A stretch of 64,000 bases of DNA, taken from NCBI GenBank assembly GCA_016342755.1, contig JAEINS010000018.1:19279-83278 (forward strand), given 5' to 3'. The notes beneath the pieces were generated by a model. The model ran no database searches, was not told where the DNA came from, and saw only the letters and a program-made list of their open reading frames with translations. Position numbers and translations under genes: made by a program. The stretch's first letter is position 1. Each line of letters starts with the position of its first letter. Below are positions 25,967 to 34,959 of this stretch, piece after piece. This DNA comes from Melioribacteraceae bacterium. GTDB taxonomy: Bacteria > Bacteroidota > Ignavibacteria > Ignavibacteriales > Melioribacteraceae.

Positions 25967-27652
25967 ATGTATAACAAAATATATTCGCTATTGATTCCGT
26001 TTCTAATGATAACTGTATTTGCCGCATGCGAAACCACAACAGAACCGGAAGAGGATACTACAGAAACCGCTGCTGAAATTGTTCAAGACGCTGAAAACCA
26101 TAACGATGAAGATGATTACACATGGAACGAAGGCGACGAAGTTAATGTTATTTTAGAAGACAACAATATTTTAATTACTGGGAATGGTGCTTCTGCGACT
26201 GATAATAGTGTTACAATAACTGCTGAAGGAACTTACAATTTCAGCGGCACTCTTAGTGACGGACAAATAATTGTTAATAGTGAAGATGATGAAATTGTAC
26301 GTCTTGTCTTAAATGGAGTAAATATCAATTGTGCAAACAGTGCGCCTATTTACTTTAAAAATGCTGATAAGGGAATGATTGTTCTAACCGAAAATACAGA
26401 AAATTATATATCTGATGGAACTTCCTATATCTTTGATGATTCTGAAAACAAGGAACCAAACGCAGCTATATTCTGCAAAACCGATCTAACAATTAGTGGG
26501 GAAGGTTCTTTAACTGTTAAAGGAAATTTCAATGATGGAATAGTTAGTAAAGATGGATTGATAATTACTTCTGGAACTATCAATGTAAATGCAGTGGATG
26601 ATGCTATTAGAGGAAAAGATTATCTGGTTATTTATAACGGGAATTTGACTCTTGATGCAGATGGTGTTGGGTTAAAATCAGATAATACTAATGATGCGTC
26701 ACTCGGATACATTACAATTGAAAATGGTGTTATAAATATTTCATCTGGCGGTGAAGGAATAGAAGCTGAAAAAGATGTTGCGATAAGTTCTGGAGAAATT
26801 ACAATATCCTCATCTGGAAAAGGAATAAACGGAATTGTTAATACAGAAATTGGCGGTGGTAATATAAATATTACATCTGTTGATGATGCAATCCATTCTA
26901 ATGGAACTGTAACTATAAATAACGGTACTATTACTATCTCATCAAATGATGACGCGATTCATGCTGATTATGACTTGGTTATCAACGATGGTTATATAAA
27001 CATTACCAAATCGTATGAAGGTATTGAAAGCAGCAACGGAAATATCACAATAAATGGCGGAGAAATTCATCTTATATCAAGTGATGATGGATTTAATCTA
27101 GCTGCTAGCGGCAGTGTGGAACCCGGCTCTTCAGCAGGCAACTACTATTTAAATATTAATGGTGGTTATATTGCAGTAAATGCCAGTGGTGACGGTGTTG
27201 ACGCAAATGCTTCGGTTGTTATGTCAGACGGCTATTTAATAGTAAGCGGATCAACAGCGAGTAATAATAGTGCTTTAGATTATGATGGTTCATTTGCTAT
27301 GAATGGCGGATTCATGGTAGCAACCGGAACTTCCAGAATGGCTGAAGCACCTAGCACCAGTTCAAGTCAGAATTCTATTCTTATAAATTTCAATACAACT
27401 TTAAGTGCAGGTTCAATTATATATATTGAAACTGAATCTGGAGAAGAAATAGTTGCTTTAAGTCCTGTGAAATCTTATCAATCAATAGCCTTGTCTTCCC
27501 CATTGCTTGAAAAAAACAAATCCTATACTGTTTACACCGGAGGCAGTTACTCAGGTACAATAACTGATGGAGTTTATTCTGGCGGATCCTATACATCCGG
27601 TACAAACTATACTAGTTTTACAATTTCCAGCACTGTAACATCAATTAACTAA
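25967..27652 (+). CDS. Cthe_2159/DUF4353-like right-handed beta-helix lipoprotein ('carbohydrate-binding domain' family)
   Basis: Lipobox VFAACE, an acidic linker, then repeated coils (DDAIRGKD, DDAIHSNGTVTINNGTITISSNDDAIHADYDLVINDGYINITKSYEGIES, GGEIHLISSDDGFN). Confidence 0.7.
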   Translation: MYNKIYSLLIPFLMITVFAACETTTEPEEDTTETAAEIVQDAENHNDEDDYTWNEGDEVNVILEDNNILITGNGASATDNSVTITAEGTYNFSGTLSDGQIIVNSEDDEIVRLVLNGVNINCANSAPIYFKNADKGMIVLTENTENYISDGTSYIFDDSENKEPNAAIFCKTDLTISGEGSLTVKGNFNDGIVSKDGLIITSGTINVNAVDDAIRGKDYLVIYNGNLTLDADGVGLKSDNTNDASLGYITIENGVINISSGGEGIEAEKDVAISSGEITISSSGKGINGIVNTEIGGGNINITSVDDAIHSNGTVTINNGTITISSNDDAIHADYDLVINDGYINITKSYEGIESSNGNITINGGEIHLISSDDGFNLAASGSVEPGSSAGNYYLNINGGYIAVNASGDGVDANASVVMSDGYLIVSGSTASNNSALDYDGSFAMNGGFMVATGTSRMAEAPSTSSSQNSILINFNTTLSAGSIIYIETESGEEIVALSPVKSYQSIALSSPLLEKNKSYTVYTGGSYSGTITDGVYSGGSYTSGTNYTSFTISSTVTSIN

Positions 27653-27847
27653 ATATTTTTTTGCGGACTAAAAAAGATAATGATCTTAAAATAAGACCAT
27701 CCTCGTATTGGTAAAAATATTATTAAAGATTATTAAAGATCTAGCTTAAATACCTAGCCTTTTTTTTTATTTGAAATAAAGAGATCAGAATAATTGTCTA
27801 AAGTTATAAAGTGATAATACGATTATATTTTTTACATGGAGTTGGAA

Positions 27848-29335
27848 ATGAAATCAGAAAGAAAAAACAAAATAATTAAAACTATTATAATGCTGTTTTT
27901 TAGTTGTGTAACACTTTATGCACAATCTTATAAAATAGTTGATACGGGACAAAAAACTTTTTACAGTGATAAAAACATTATCAGTGAACCTTCTTCTGAA
28001 GATGATTTCTTTGGTCAGGATGCAAACTATAATGGAAACCAGCCATCATACACCGATAACGGCGTCGGAACTGTTACAGATAATGTTACTGGATTAATAT
28101 GGCAGAAATCAATGGATGAAAAAATATCTTTCGATGAAGCCTTTATTAAAGCAGATTCTTTAAGTCTGGCTAATTATACTGATTGGAGAGTTCCGACACT
28201 TAAAGAGCTCTATTCCCTTATTCAGTTTACAGGGCAAGTTTCTGGCGCAACTGCTATATCAATGTTTATTGATACTAATTATTTTATTCAACCATTAGGA
28301 AACACCAATATTGGTGAGCGCGAAATTGATGCACAGACATGGTCTTCTACAGAATATGTTGGAAGAACTATGAATAATGATGAAACTGTATTTGGTGTAA
28401 ACTTTGTTGATGGTAGAATTAAAGGATATCCACCAGGTACAGGCTCTTCAAATACAATGTATTTCCGAATGGTTAGAGGAAATATTGACTATGGGAAAAA
28501 CAACTTTGTTGATAATGAAGACAATACAATTAGTGATCTTGCTACTGGTTTAATGTGGCAAAAAGCTGATGATGGCATAGCTAGGAATTGGAATGAATCA
28601 CTTACCTATGCAGAAACTTCTGAACTAGCCGAATACGATGACTGGCGCTTGCCAAATGCTAAAGAATTACAAAGTATTGTTGATTATACCAGATCTCCTC
28701 AAACAACAAATTCACCGGCAATCGATCCCATTTTTGAAACAACTGAGATAAATGATCCTGATGGAAATTCCGGACATTATCCATTTTTCTGGACGAGCAC
28801 AACTCATCTTGATGGTGTGAATCCATATTCAGGAGCTGCATATATTGCTTTTGGTGAAGGACAAGGAGAAATGAACGGAAATCTATTGGATGTTCATGGA
28901 GCCGGTTGCCAAAGAAGTGATCCTAAAAGTGGAAATATCAATGATTACCCGCAATTCTTTGGACCTCAGGGAGATGTAAGGTATGTTTACAATTATGTTC
29001 GACTAGTTCGAAATATAGATAACACATCAACTGATATTAAAGATGATCAATCAAATACTTCCGAAGTTCCCAAAAAATTTGAGTTGAAACAAAACTATCC
29101 TAATCCGTTTAACCCAAGTACTCAAATAACTGTAAGTATTCCAGAGAGCGGAAACTATACTCTTAAAGTTTATAACGTTTTAGGTCAGGAAGTTGCAAAG
29201 TTATTAAGTGATGAAATTTCAGCAGGAATTCATAATTTCAATTTTGATGCAGCAAAACTTACTTCAGAAATTTATTTTTACAACTTTAGAGGAAGTGATT
29301 TTAATCAGACAAAAAAGATGATGCTGATAAAATAA
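27848..29335 (+). CDS. DUF1566 (Lcl C-terminal-like) repeat protein with a T9SS C-terminal sorting domain
   Basis: Two DWR(V/L)P..KEL motifs and C-terminal NYPNPFNPST...KKMMLIK. I prefer the ATG at 27848, preceded by GGAG, over 27836. Confidence 0.75.
   Translation: MKSERKNKIIKTIIMLFFSCVTLYAQSYKIVDTGQKTFYSDKNIISEPSSEDDFFGQDANYNGNQPSYTDNGVGTVTDNVTGLIWQKSMDEKISFDEAFIKADSLSLANYTDWRVPTLKELYSLIQFTGQVSGATAISMFIDTNYFIQPLGNTNIGEREIDAQTWSSTEYVGRTMNNDETVFGVNFVDGRIKGYPPGTGSSNTMYFRMVRGNIDYGKNNFVDNEDNTISDLATGLMWQKADDGIARNWNESLTYAETSELAEYDDWRLPNAKELQSIVDYTRSPQTTNSPAIDPIFETTEINDPDGNSGHYPFFWTSTTHLDGVNPYSGAAYIAFGEGQGEMNGNLLDVHGAGCQRSDPKSGNINDYPQFFGPQGDVRYVYNYVRLVRNIDNTSTDIKDDQSNTSEVPKKFELKQNYPNPFNPSTQITVSIPESGNYTLKVYNVLGQEVAKLLSDEISAGIHNFNFDAAKLTSEIYFYNFRGSDFNQTKKMMLIK
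29069..29335 (+). repeat. T9SS CTD-coding repeat, copy A
   Basis: Closely matches 33006-33272 at the nucleotide level, including an identical 32-nt run caaaactatcctaatccgtttaacccaagtac. Confidence 0.8.
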
Positions 29336-29362
29336 TAGCACACAGGTGTTAATTAAACTATA

Positions 29363-29399
29363 ATATACAGCCAGTTGTTTTTAACAACCGGCTGTATAT
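29363..29399. terminator. Bidirectional terminator hairpin between convergent genes
   Basis: 17-bp stem with one mismatch and a 3-nt loop: ATATACAGCCAGTTGTT-ttt-AACAACCGGCTGTATAT. Confidence 0.65.
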
Positions 29400-29406
29400 A
29401 AATTAA

Positions 29407-30594
29407 TTATAAAGCCAATTTGTAGATATTAATCATATCATTTACACTGGTTGGTATAATGCTGGCAATTTTATCTTCTTCCGGATTGCCAAACATACGC
29501 ATTACATCTTCAGCCATACGTTCAAATTTTTCATCAGTAACATTCATATCGGATAATTTGTAATACATTCCAACTCTTTCGAACCATTCAATTACTTTTG
29601 GAGCAAGCAATTTTGCCGCCGCTAAATCATCTTCTTCTTTAACGTCAAAAATCCTGCGGGCTAATTTTGCCCATCTGCCCGGTAAATTTTCAGCAAAATA
29701 CTCTAGATATGGCGGAATAACAATGGCCATACCACGCCCGTGCGCAATATCATAGTGTCCGCTTAACGGCATTTCAATTGAGTGCATCGGAATTGTTCCC
29801 ATTCTGCCTAAAGCCTGAATACCCTGCCAGCCAAATATTGAACATAATGCAAGAGTTCCTCTGGCTTCAATATCTTTTGGGTTTATAATAAGTTGATCGA
29901 GAGTATCTCTTAAAGTTAAAATCATACCTTCAGTTAATCTATCAGCAAATTCTGATAAATCAGGCGATGACAAATATCTTTCAATTAGATGTGAAAAGAT
30001 ATCAATAGCACTATCTTTTGTAATTGATAATGGCAATGTTGCCAATACTTCAGGATCAATTATCGCAACTTTTGGAATTCTGTATTCTGACCGGCTAAAA
30101 CTTTTTTCTTTAGTTTCCCAATTTGTAAGAACTCCGCCTGCGTTAACTTCGGAACCTGCAGCAGAAACTGTAGGAATAGCGACAATTGGATACGCGCCTG
30201 AATATTCTTTTGGTTTTCTATCGCCTAATACAACATAATCCCAGCAAGATCCACCACTGAAAGCTGTTGCGGCAATATATTTAGAACCGTCAATTACACT
30301 TCCGCCGCCAAGAGCAACAATACAGTCACAGCCAGATTCTTTAAAAAGTTTAATTCCTTCATCAATAGTTGTCACACGCGGATTTGGTTCAATCGCTTCG
30401 TAAATCACATAATCAATATTATTAGATTTAAGGATATCGATAGTTTTGTCGATTAAAGGTGCAAAAGCTTCATTCCTTTCGTAAGTAGCCAAAAATACTT
30501 TTTTTCCGTATGGTTTAACAAGATCACCTAATTCGGATAATCTACCAGGACCATAAACTAAATTTGTCGTAAAGTTCCATTCAAAATTGTTCAT
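29407..30594 (-). CDS. Iron-containing (group III) alcohol dehydrogenase
   Basis: GGGSVIDGSKYIA motif and a His-rich metal site (H..ERY, H....H.....HG). Confidence 0.85.
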   Translation of the reverse strand: MNNFEWNFTTNLVYGPGRLSELGDLVKPYGKKVFLATYERNEAFAPLIDKTIDILKSNNIDYVIYEAIEPNPRVTTIDEGIKLFKESGCDCIVALGGGSVIDGSKYIAATAFSGGSCWDYVVLGDRKPKEYSGAYPIVAIPTVSAAGSEVNAGGVLTNWETKEKSFSRSEYRIPKVAIIDPEVLATLPLSITKDSAIDIFSHLIERYLSSPDLSEFADRLTEGMILTLRDTLDQLIINPKDIEARGTLALCSIFGWQGIQALGRMGTIPMHSIEMPLSGHYDIAHGRGMAIVIPPYLEYFAENLPGRWAKLARRIFDVKEEDDLAAAKLLAPKVIEWFERVGMYYKLSDMNVTDEKFERMAEDVMRMFGNPEEDKIASIIPTSVNDMINIYKLAL

Positions 30595-30856
30595 AATACC
30601 ATCTCTTTATATTATTTTTTAATAATTACTTTTAGTTAGTAGTTCTTAAAACGCTGTTTTAATACTACTAGCTCTATACAAGTTTTGGAAATAACTCTAA
30701 ACGAAACTTAGAATCCAAAACTCCGCTTTTCAAAAATAATTAAAATTTTGATAAAATAATACATCTGTCTTCAGATATATGTTATCATACATGTTTGTTT
30801 GGAGCAAATATGTTAAAACAAAGTGACTTCTTTCTTATTAATTATTTTTATTTCGG

Positions 30857-30886
30857 GCACAAGTTTTATTATAAAAGATCGTCTTA
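30857..30886 (+). promoter_or_regulatory. ECF-type promoter motif, copy 6 (upstream of CotH-2)
   Basis: GCACAAGTTTTATTATAAAAGATCGTCTTA. Same spacing. It lies 68-80 nt upstream of the start. Confidence 0.6.
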
Positions 30887-30959
30887 CTTAAAAAGCATGA
30901 ATCTAATGACTGTTACTTTCATTAGCAATTAAACTATTATGAACTAAGTGAGAATTAAA

Positions 30960-33272
30960 ATGACGAAAAAAAAATCAACCATATTATTATTTATAATTTT
31001 TCTTACATCTAATATATTTGGACAAAATTTTTATGATATAAACACCATTAATAGTGTAGAAATAACATTTTCAGAATCAAACTGGGATTACTTATTGGAT
31101 AACCTGGTTTCAGAAGGTAATGAGGAACGCTTGTTAGGAACGGCTGTAGTAAATGGAATTACCTACGATAGTGTTGGCGTAAGATATAAAGGGAACAGCA
31201 GTTATCAGCCTAATCAAGTAAAAAACCCCTTAAATATTAAACTTGATTATACAATTGACGGTCAGGAACATGAGGATTACGGAACTTTAAAACTGGCGAA
31301 TGTTTACAAGGATCCAAGTTTTGTTAGAGAAACTTTAAGTTATGAAATTGCCCGAAAGTATATGCCGGCTAGTTTAGCAAATTATACTAAGGTTTATATA
31401 AACGGTACTTATTTAGGAATATACACTAATGTTCAGGATGTTGATAAAAACTTTATACGAAGTAATTATTTTAGCTCAGATAATTCTTTTTTTAAAGGTG
31501 AGCTAGTAAACGATAGTCCGCAATCAAATACAAAAGTTTGGGGCTACTTTGGTGAAGATTCATCAAGCTATACCAACTATTTTGAAATTGAATCAGATAA
31601 TGGCTGGGCAGATTTAGTAAACTTTCTTGATGTACTAAACAATGATCCGGAATCAGTTGAAGAGGTTCTTAATGTTGACCGCCATTTATGGATGCTTGCA
31701 TTTGACATTTTATTGGTAAACTTAGATGCACCGGTAAACTTTGGACACAATTATTATTTATATAAAGATGATGCCGGAAAATTTAATCCGATTATTTGGG
31801 ATCTTAACGAAAGCTTCGGAATCTTCTCTTCACTTCTTGGCGGAAATTCCTTAAATACTTCGGGAAAGCAGCAGCTAACTCCTTACTTAAATTCAACAAA
31901 TAGTAATTACCCTATAATTAATAAAATTCTAAATGACCCAACTTACAAGAAAATGTATGTTGCGCATATGAAAACAATTATGTCTGATTATTTTGAAAGC
32001 GGATTGTATAGAACAAGAGCTTTGGAAATTCAGAATATAATTGCTTCAGAAGTAGAAAAAGATCCAAATAAATTTTATACATATACAGATTTTAGAAATA
32101 ATATTGAAAACGGGATTTCAAGCGGCGGAGGTGGTGCCCCGGGAAGAAATGAATCAATTATTGGTATCGCTGAATTAATGGATGCCAGAGTTACATACTT
32201 AAACTCACTGGCAGATTTTCAGGCAACAAGTCCGGTTATCTCTAATCTGGGACAAAATCCGGCTAATCCTTCTCCTAATACAGATGTATGGATAACTGTT
32301 GAAATTACCAATGCTACATCAGTAAAATTGGCTTACAGAAATAGCCTTACTGAAGCTTTTAAAAAAATTGAAATGTTAGATGACGGCAGCAATAACGATA
32401 CATCCGCAAGCGATGGAATCTACGGAGTTTCTGTACCAGCCGGAACTAGCGGATTTCAATATTACATTTACGCTGATAATGACGACGCGGCAGCTTTTTT
32501 ACCGGCACGCGCGGCATACGAGTTTTATACACTTACGGTTTCAGGAAATCTGGTAATAAACGAGTTTATGGCTAGTAATGAAGTTACTGAAACAGATGCA
32601 GACGGAGAATATGAAGACTGGATTGAACTTTACAATAATACTGATGAAGATATAGAACTAAATGGATATTTTTTATCGGATGATAGTGACAATCTATCTC
32701 AGTGGGCATTCCCGGATACATTTATTACCGCTAACAGTTTTTTAATTGTCTGGGCAGATAAAGATGAAGACCAACAAGGATTACACGCAAGTTTTAAACT
32801 TTCGGGCTCTGGGGAAACAATTTATTTATCTGATACTGATACAACCATAATTGATGAAATAAGTTACAGTGAGCAGACTGATGATATTTCATATGGCCGT
32901 TATCCAAACGGAACTGGAGCATTCCAACAAATGAATCCATCTTTTGAACTAGAGAATAATAATGATGTAACGGCAATTGGAAATTCAGACGAAGATTCAA
33001 CAATTCCCAAAGAGTTTGTTTTACAGCAAAACTATCCTAATCCGTTTAACCCAAGTACACAAATAGCTGTTAGTATTCCAAAAAGTGGGAATTATACTCT
33101 AAAGGTTTATAATCTATTAGGTCAGGAAGTTGCGACACTTTTAAATGATCAGGTTTCAGCCAGAACCCACAAGTTTAATTTTGATGCTTCAAATTTAACT
33201 ACCGGAATTTATTTTTACAGCTTTAGAGGAAATAATTTTAGTCAGACTAAAAAAATGATGCTGGTCAAATAG
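30960..33272 (+). CDS. CotH-family protein with a lamin-tail domain and a T9SS C-terminal sorting domain
   Basis: CotH blocks (VGVRYKGNSS, GTLKLAN...DPSFVRE, NYYLYKD......IIWDLNES), LTD (LVINEFMASN...DWIELYNNTDEDIELNGYFLSDD) and the CTD. An alternative GTG start lies at 30948. Confidence 0.8.
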   Translation: MTKKKSTILLFIIFLTSNIFGQNFYDINTINSVEITFSESNWDYLLDNLVSEGNEERLLGTAVVNGITYDSVGVRYKGNSSYQPNQVKNPLNIKLDYTIDGQEHEDYGTLKLANVYKDPSFVRETLSYEIARKYMPASLANYTKVYINGTYLGIYTNVQDVDKNFIRSNYFSSDNSFFKGELVNDSPQSNTKVWGYFGEDSSSYTNYFEIESDNGWADLVNFLDVLNNDPESVEEVLNVDRHLWMLAFDILLVNLDAPVNFGHNYYLYKDDAGKFNPIIWDLNESFGIFSSLLGGNSLNTSGKQQLTPYLNSTNSNYPIINKILNDPTYKKMYVAHMKTIMSDYFESGLYRTRALEIQNIIASEVEKDPNKFYTYTDFRNNIENGISSGGGGAPGRNESIIGIAELMDARVTYLNSLADFQATSPVISNLGQNPANPSPNTDVWITVEITNATSVKLAYRNSLTEAFKKIEMLDDGSNNDTSASDGIYGVSVPAGTSGFQYYIYADNDDAAAFLPARAAYEFYTLTVSGNLVINEFMASNEVTETDADGEYEDWIELYNNTDEDIELNGYFLSDDSDNLSQWAFPDTFITANSFLIVWADKDEDQQGLHASFKLSGSGETIYLSDTDTTIIDEISYSEQTDDISYGRYPNGTGAFQQMNPSFELENNNDVTAIGNSDEDSTIPKEFVLQQNYPNPFNPSTQIAVSIPKSGNYTLKVYNLLGQEVATLLNDQVSARTHKFNFDASNLTTGIYFYSFRGNNFSQTKKMMLVK
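33006..33272 (+). repeat. T9SS CTD-coding repeat, copy B
   Basis: See copy A at 29069-29335. Confidence 0.8.
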
Positions 33273-33295
33273 ACTAATTACTAAATAGTTTAAAC

Positions 33296-33329
33296 CCCCG
33301 AAGGATTTAAAAACCTTCGAGGTTTTTTT
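33296..33329 (+). terminator. Intrinsic terminator after CotH-2
   Basis: CCCCGAAGG ... CCTTCGAGG followed by TTTTTTT. Confidence 0.7.
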
Positions 33330-33373
33330 ATTGAAATAAATCACTGTAAATGCCTGTCTGAAATTTAATATAC

Positions 33374-34324
33374 ATGAAAGCACAAGTTAAATTAAAATAT
33401 GTCGTCAAAGATTATATGATAGAAAACAATTCCCAAAATACTGCGATCAAAAAACCTATTACCGGGAACTATTTCCCTTTTCAAAAAAATATTCTTTTAA
33501 TGGAATTGCATGAATATATAAAACTTACAGGAGAGTCTTTTTTTGAGGGGCATAATACTAACATCAATAGAATATTATTTATCTGTAAGGGTAATGGAAC
33601 CTTTTGTATAGAAAAGACCGAATACAAATTTAATTCTAAATCCGTTATAACAATTGCAAAAGGTGATTTGCATAAACTCAATTTCACCGGAGAAACTACC
33701 GGTTACGTATTACTTTTCCCGGATAACCAGACAACTGATGCTAATAATTATTTCCATGCATTTTTAGATTTTACTTTTTTTTATTATTCACTTAAACCGG
33801 CTCCATTAAACTTAACCAATGAAAAATTCACAAAATTTTTAAGTATTATAGAATCAATTAAAAATACTGTGAATAATATTACGGATATAGCTAAGGTTAG
33901 TATTTCGTATAGCTTAGTAAAAAAACTATTGCTTGAGATACAATATTCTAAAATGAACATTCAAAATCTTTTAGAATCATTTGATTTGATATTACTAAAT
34001 AATTTCAATCAACTTTTAATATCAAAAATCAACATTTCTAGAAAAGCAGAATATTATACCAAACAATTAAATGTTTCTTCAACAAAATTAAATTCCACAA
34101 CAAAACTTTATTTAGACAAAAAGATTAAAGAAATAATTAATGCCAGAATTATATTCGATTCTAAAAAAATGCTTTCTGATACAAACTTTTCCATTAAAGA
34201 AATTAGTTACAATATGGGCTTTACTGATCCAACAAATTTTAATAAGTTTTTCAAAAAAATAACTTTAAGTACTCCTAAAGAATTTAGGAATAAATGTTAC
34301 ACTGAACATTTTAACCATAATTAG
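33374..34324 (+). CDS. AraC-family transcriptional regulator
   Basis: N-terminal cupin-like domain and C-terminal double HTH (....SIKEISYNMGFTDPTNFNKFFKK). The start codon is uncertain. Confidence 0.75.
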   Translation: MKAQVKLKYVVKDYMIENNSQNTAIKKPITGNYFPFQKNILLMELHEYIKLTGESFFEGHNTNINRILFICKGNGTFCIEKTEYKFNSKSVITIAKGDLHKLNFTGETTGYVLLFPDNQTTDANNYFHAFLDFTFFYYSLKPAPLNLTNEKFTKFLSIIESIKNTVNNITDIAKVSISYSLVKKLLLEIQYSKMNIQNLLESFDLILLNNFNQLLISKINISRKAEYYTKQLNVSSTKLNSTTKLYLDKKIKEIINARIIFDSKKMLSDTNFSIKEISYNMGFTDPTNFNKFFKKITLSTPKEFRNKCYTEHFNHN

Positions 34325-34411
34325 CAATCTTTTAACCATGTAGCAAAAATTATTTTAGCCGATTATTAAGAGTAAATAAAAATCTTTCTCTCAATAATAT
34401 ATGGAGTTATA

Positions 34412-34819
34412 ATGATTAGCAGCGTAAGTAATAATGGTATGCAGCCTCCGCCGCCAAAACAAAGTCAGCCGTTATCTGATGAACAAAAAACCAGCCTGAA
34501 TGATATTGTATCTAAGTATGATCCCTCATCTATTTCCAAATCTGATTTTGAAACAATGATGACTGAAATTAAGGAAGCAGGAATCACTCCTTCGAAAGAA
34601 TTAAAAGGCTTTATGGAAGAAGCGGGATTTGAAATGCCTGAAGGTGGACCAAGGGGAGCAAAAGGCAGTGGAAGACCAGAACCACCACAATTTATGAAAG
34701 ATTTAATTAAGCAATTAGAAACCGGTGATATTTCTGAAGATGAACTAAAATCGTTTATTGAAAGTTTTAAAAACGGAAACGATGATCCAGAAGGGACATT
34801 AGTTGATAAATATGTATGA
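34412..34819 (+). CDS. Hypothetical acidic protein with a Pro-rich N-terminus and an LSDEQ motif
   Basis: 135 aa with a good SD. I recognised no family. Confidence 0.5.
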   Translation: MISSVSNNGMQPPPPKQSQPLSDEQKTSLNDIVSKYDPSSISKSDFETMMTEIKEAGITPSKELKGFMEEAGFEMPEGGPRGAKGSGRPEPPQFMKDLIKQLETGDISEDELKSFIESFKNGNDDPEGTLVDKYV

Positions 34820-34959
34820 AAACTACAATATTATAATTATCCGGATATAGGGATATATGTCCGGATAACTATTAAATATCAAAAAAAAAATTTAACTTGT
34901 AAGGGTAAACTGTAACAAAAGTTTATTAGAGTTATACAATAAATAAAGCTGGAGATAAA

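Noticed and set aside
27721-27740. A direct tandem duplication tattaaagat x2 in the spacer before the DUF1566 gene.
   Set aside because: It has only two 10-nt units in AT-rich intergenic DNA. It is too short to call a repeat array or a regulatory site.
30810-30932. A 40-codon ORF (MLKQSDFFLINYFYFGHKFYYKRSSYLKSMNLMTVTFISN) with a GGAG upstream.
   Set aside because: It runs straight through ECF motif copy 6, and its composition is that of AT-rich non-coding DNA translated. It is more likely promoter/leader sequence of CotH-2.
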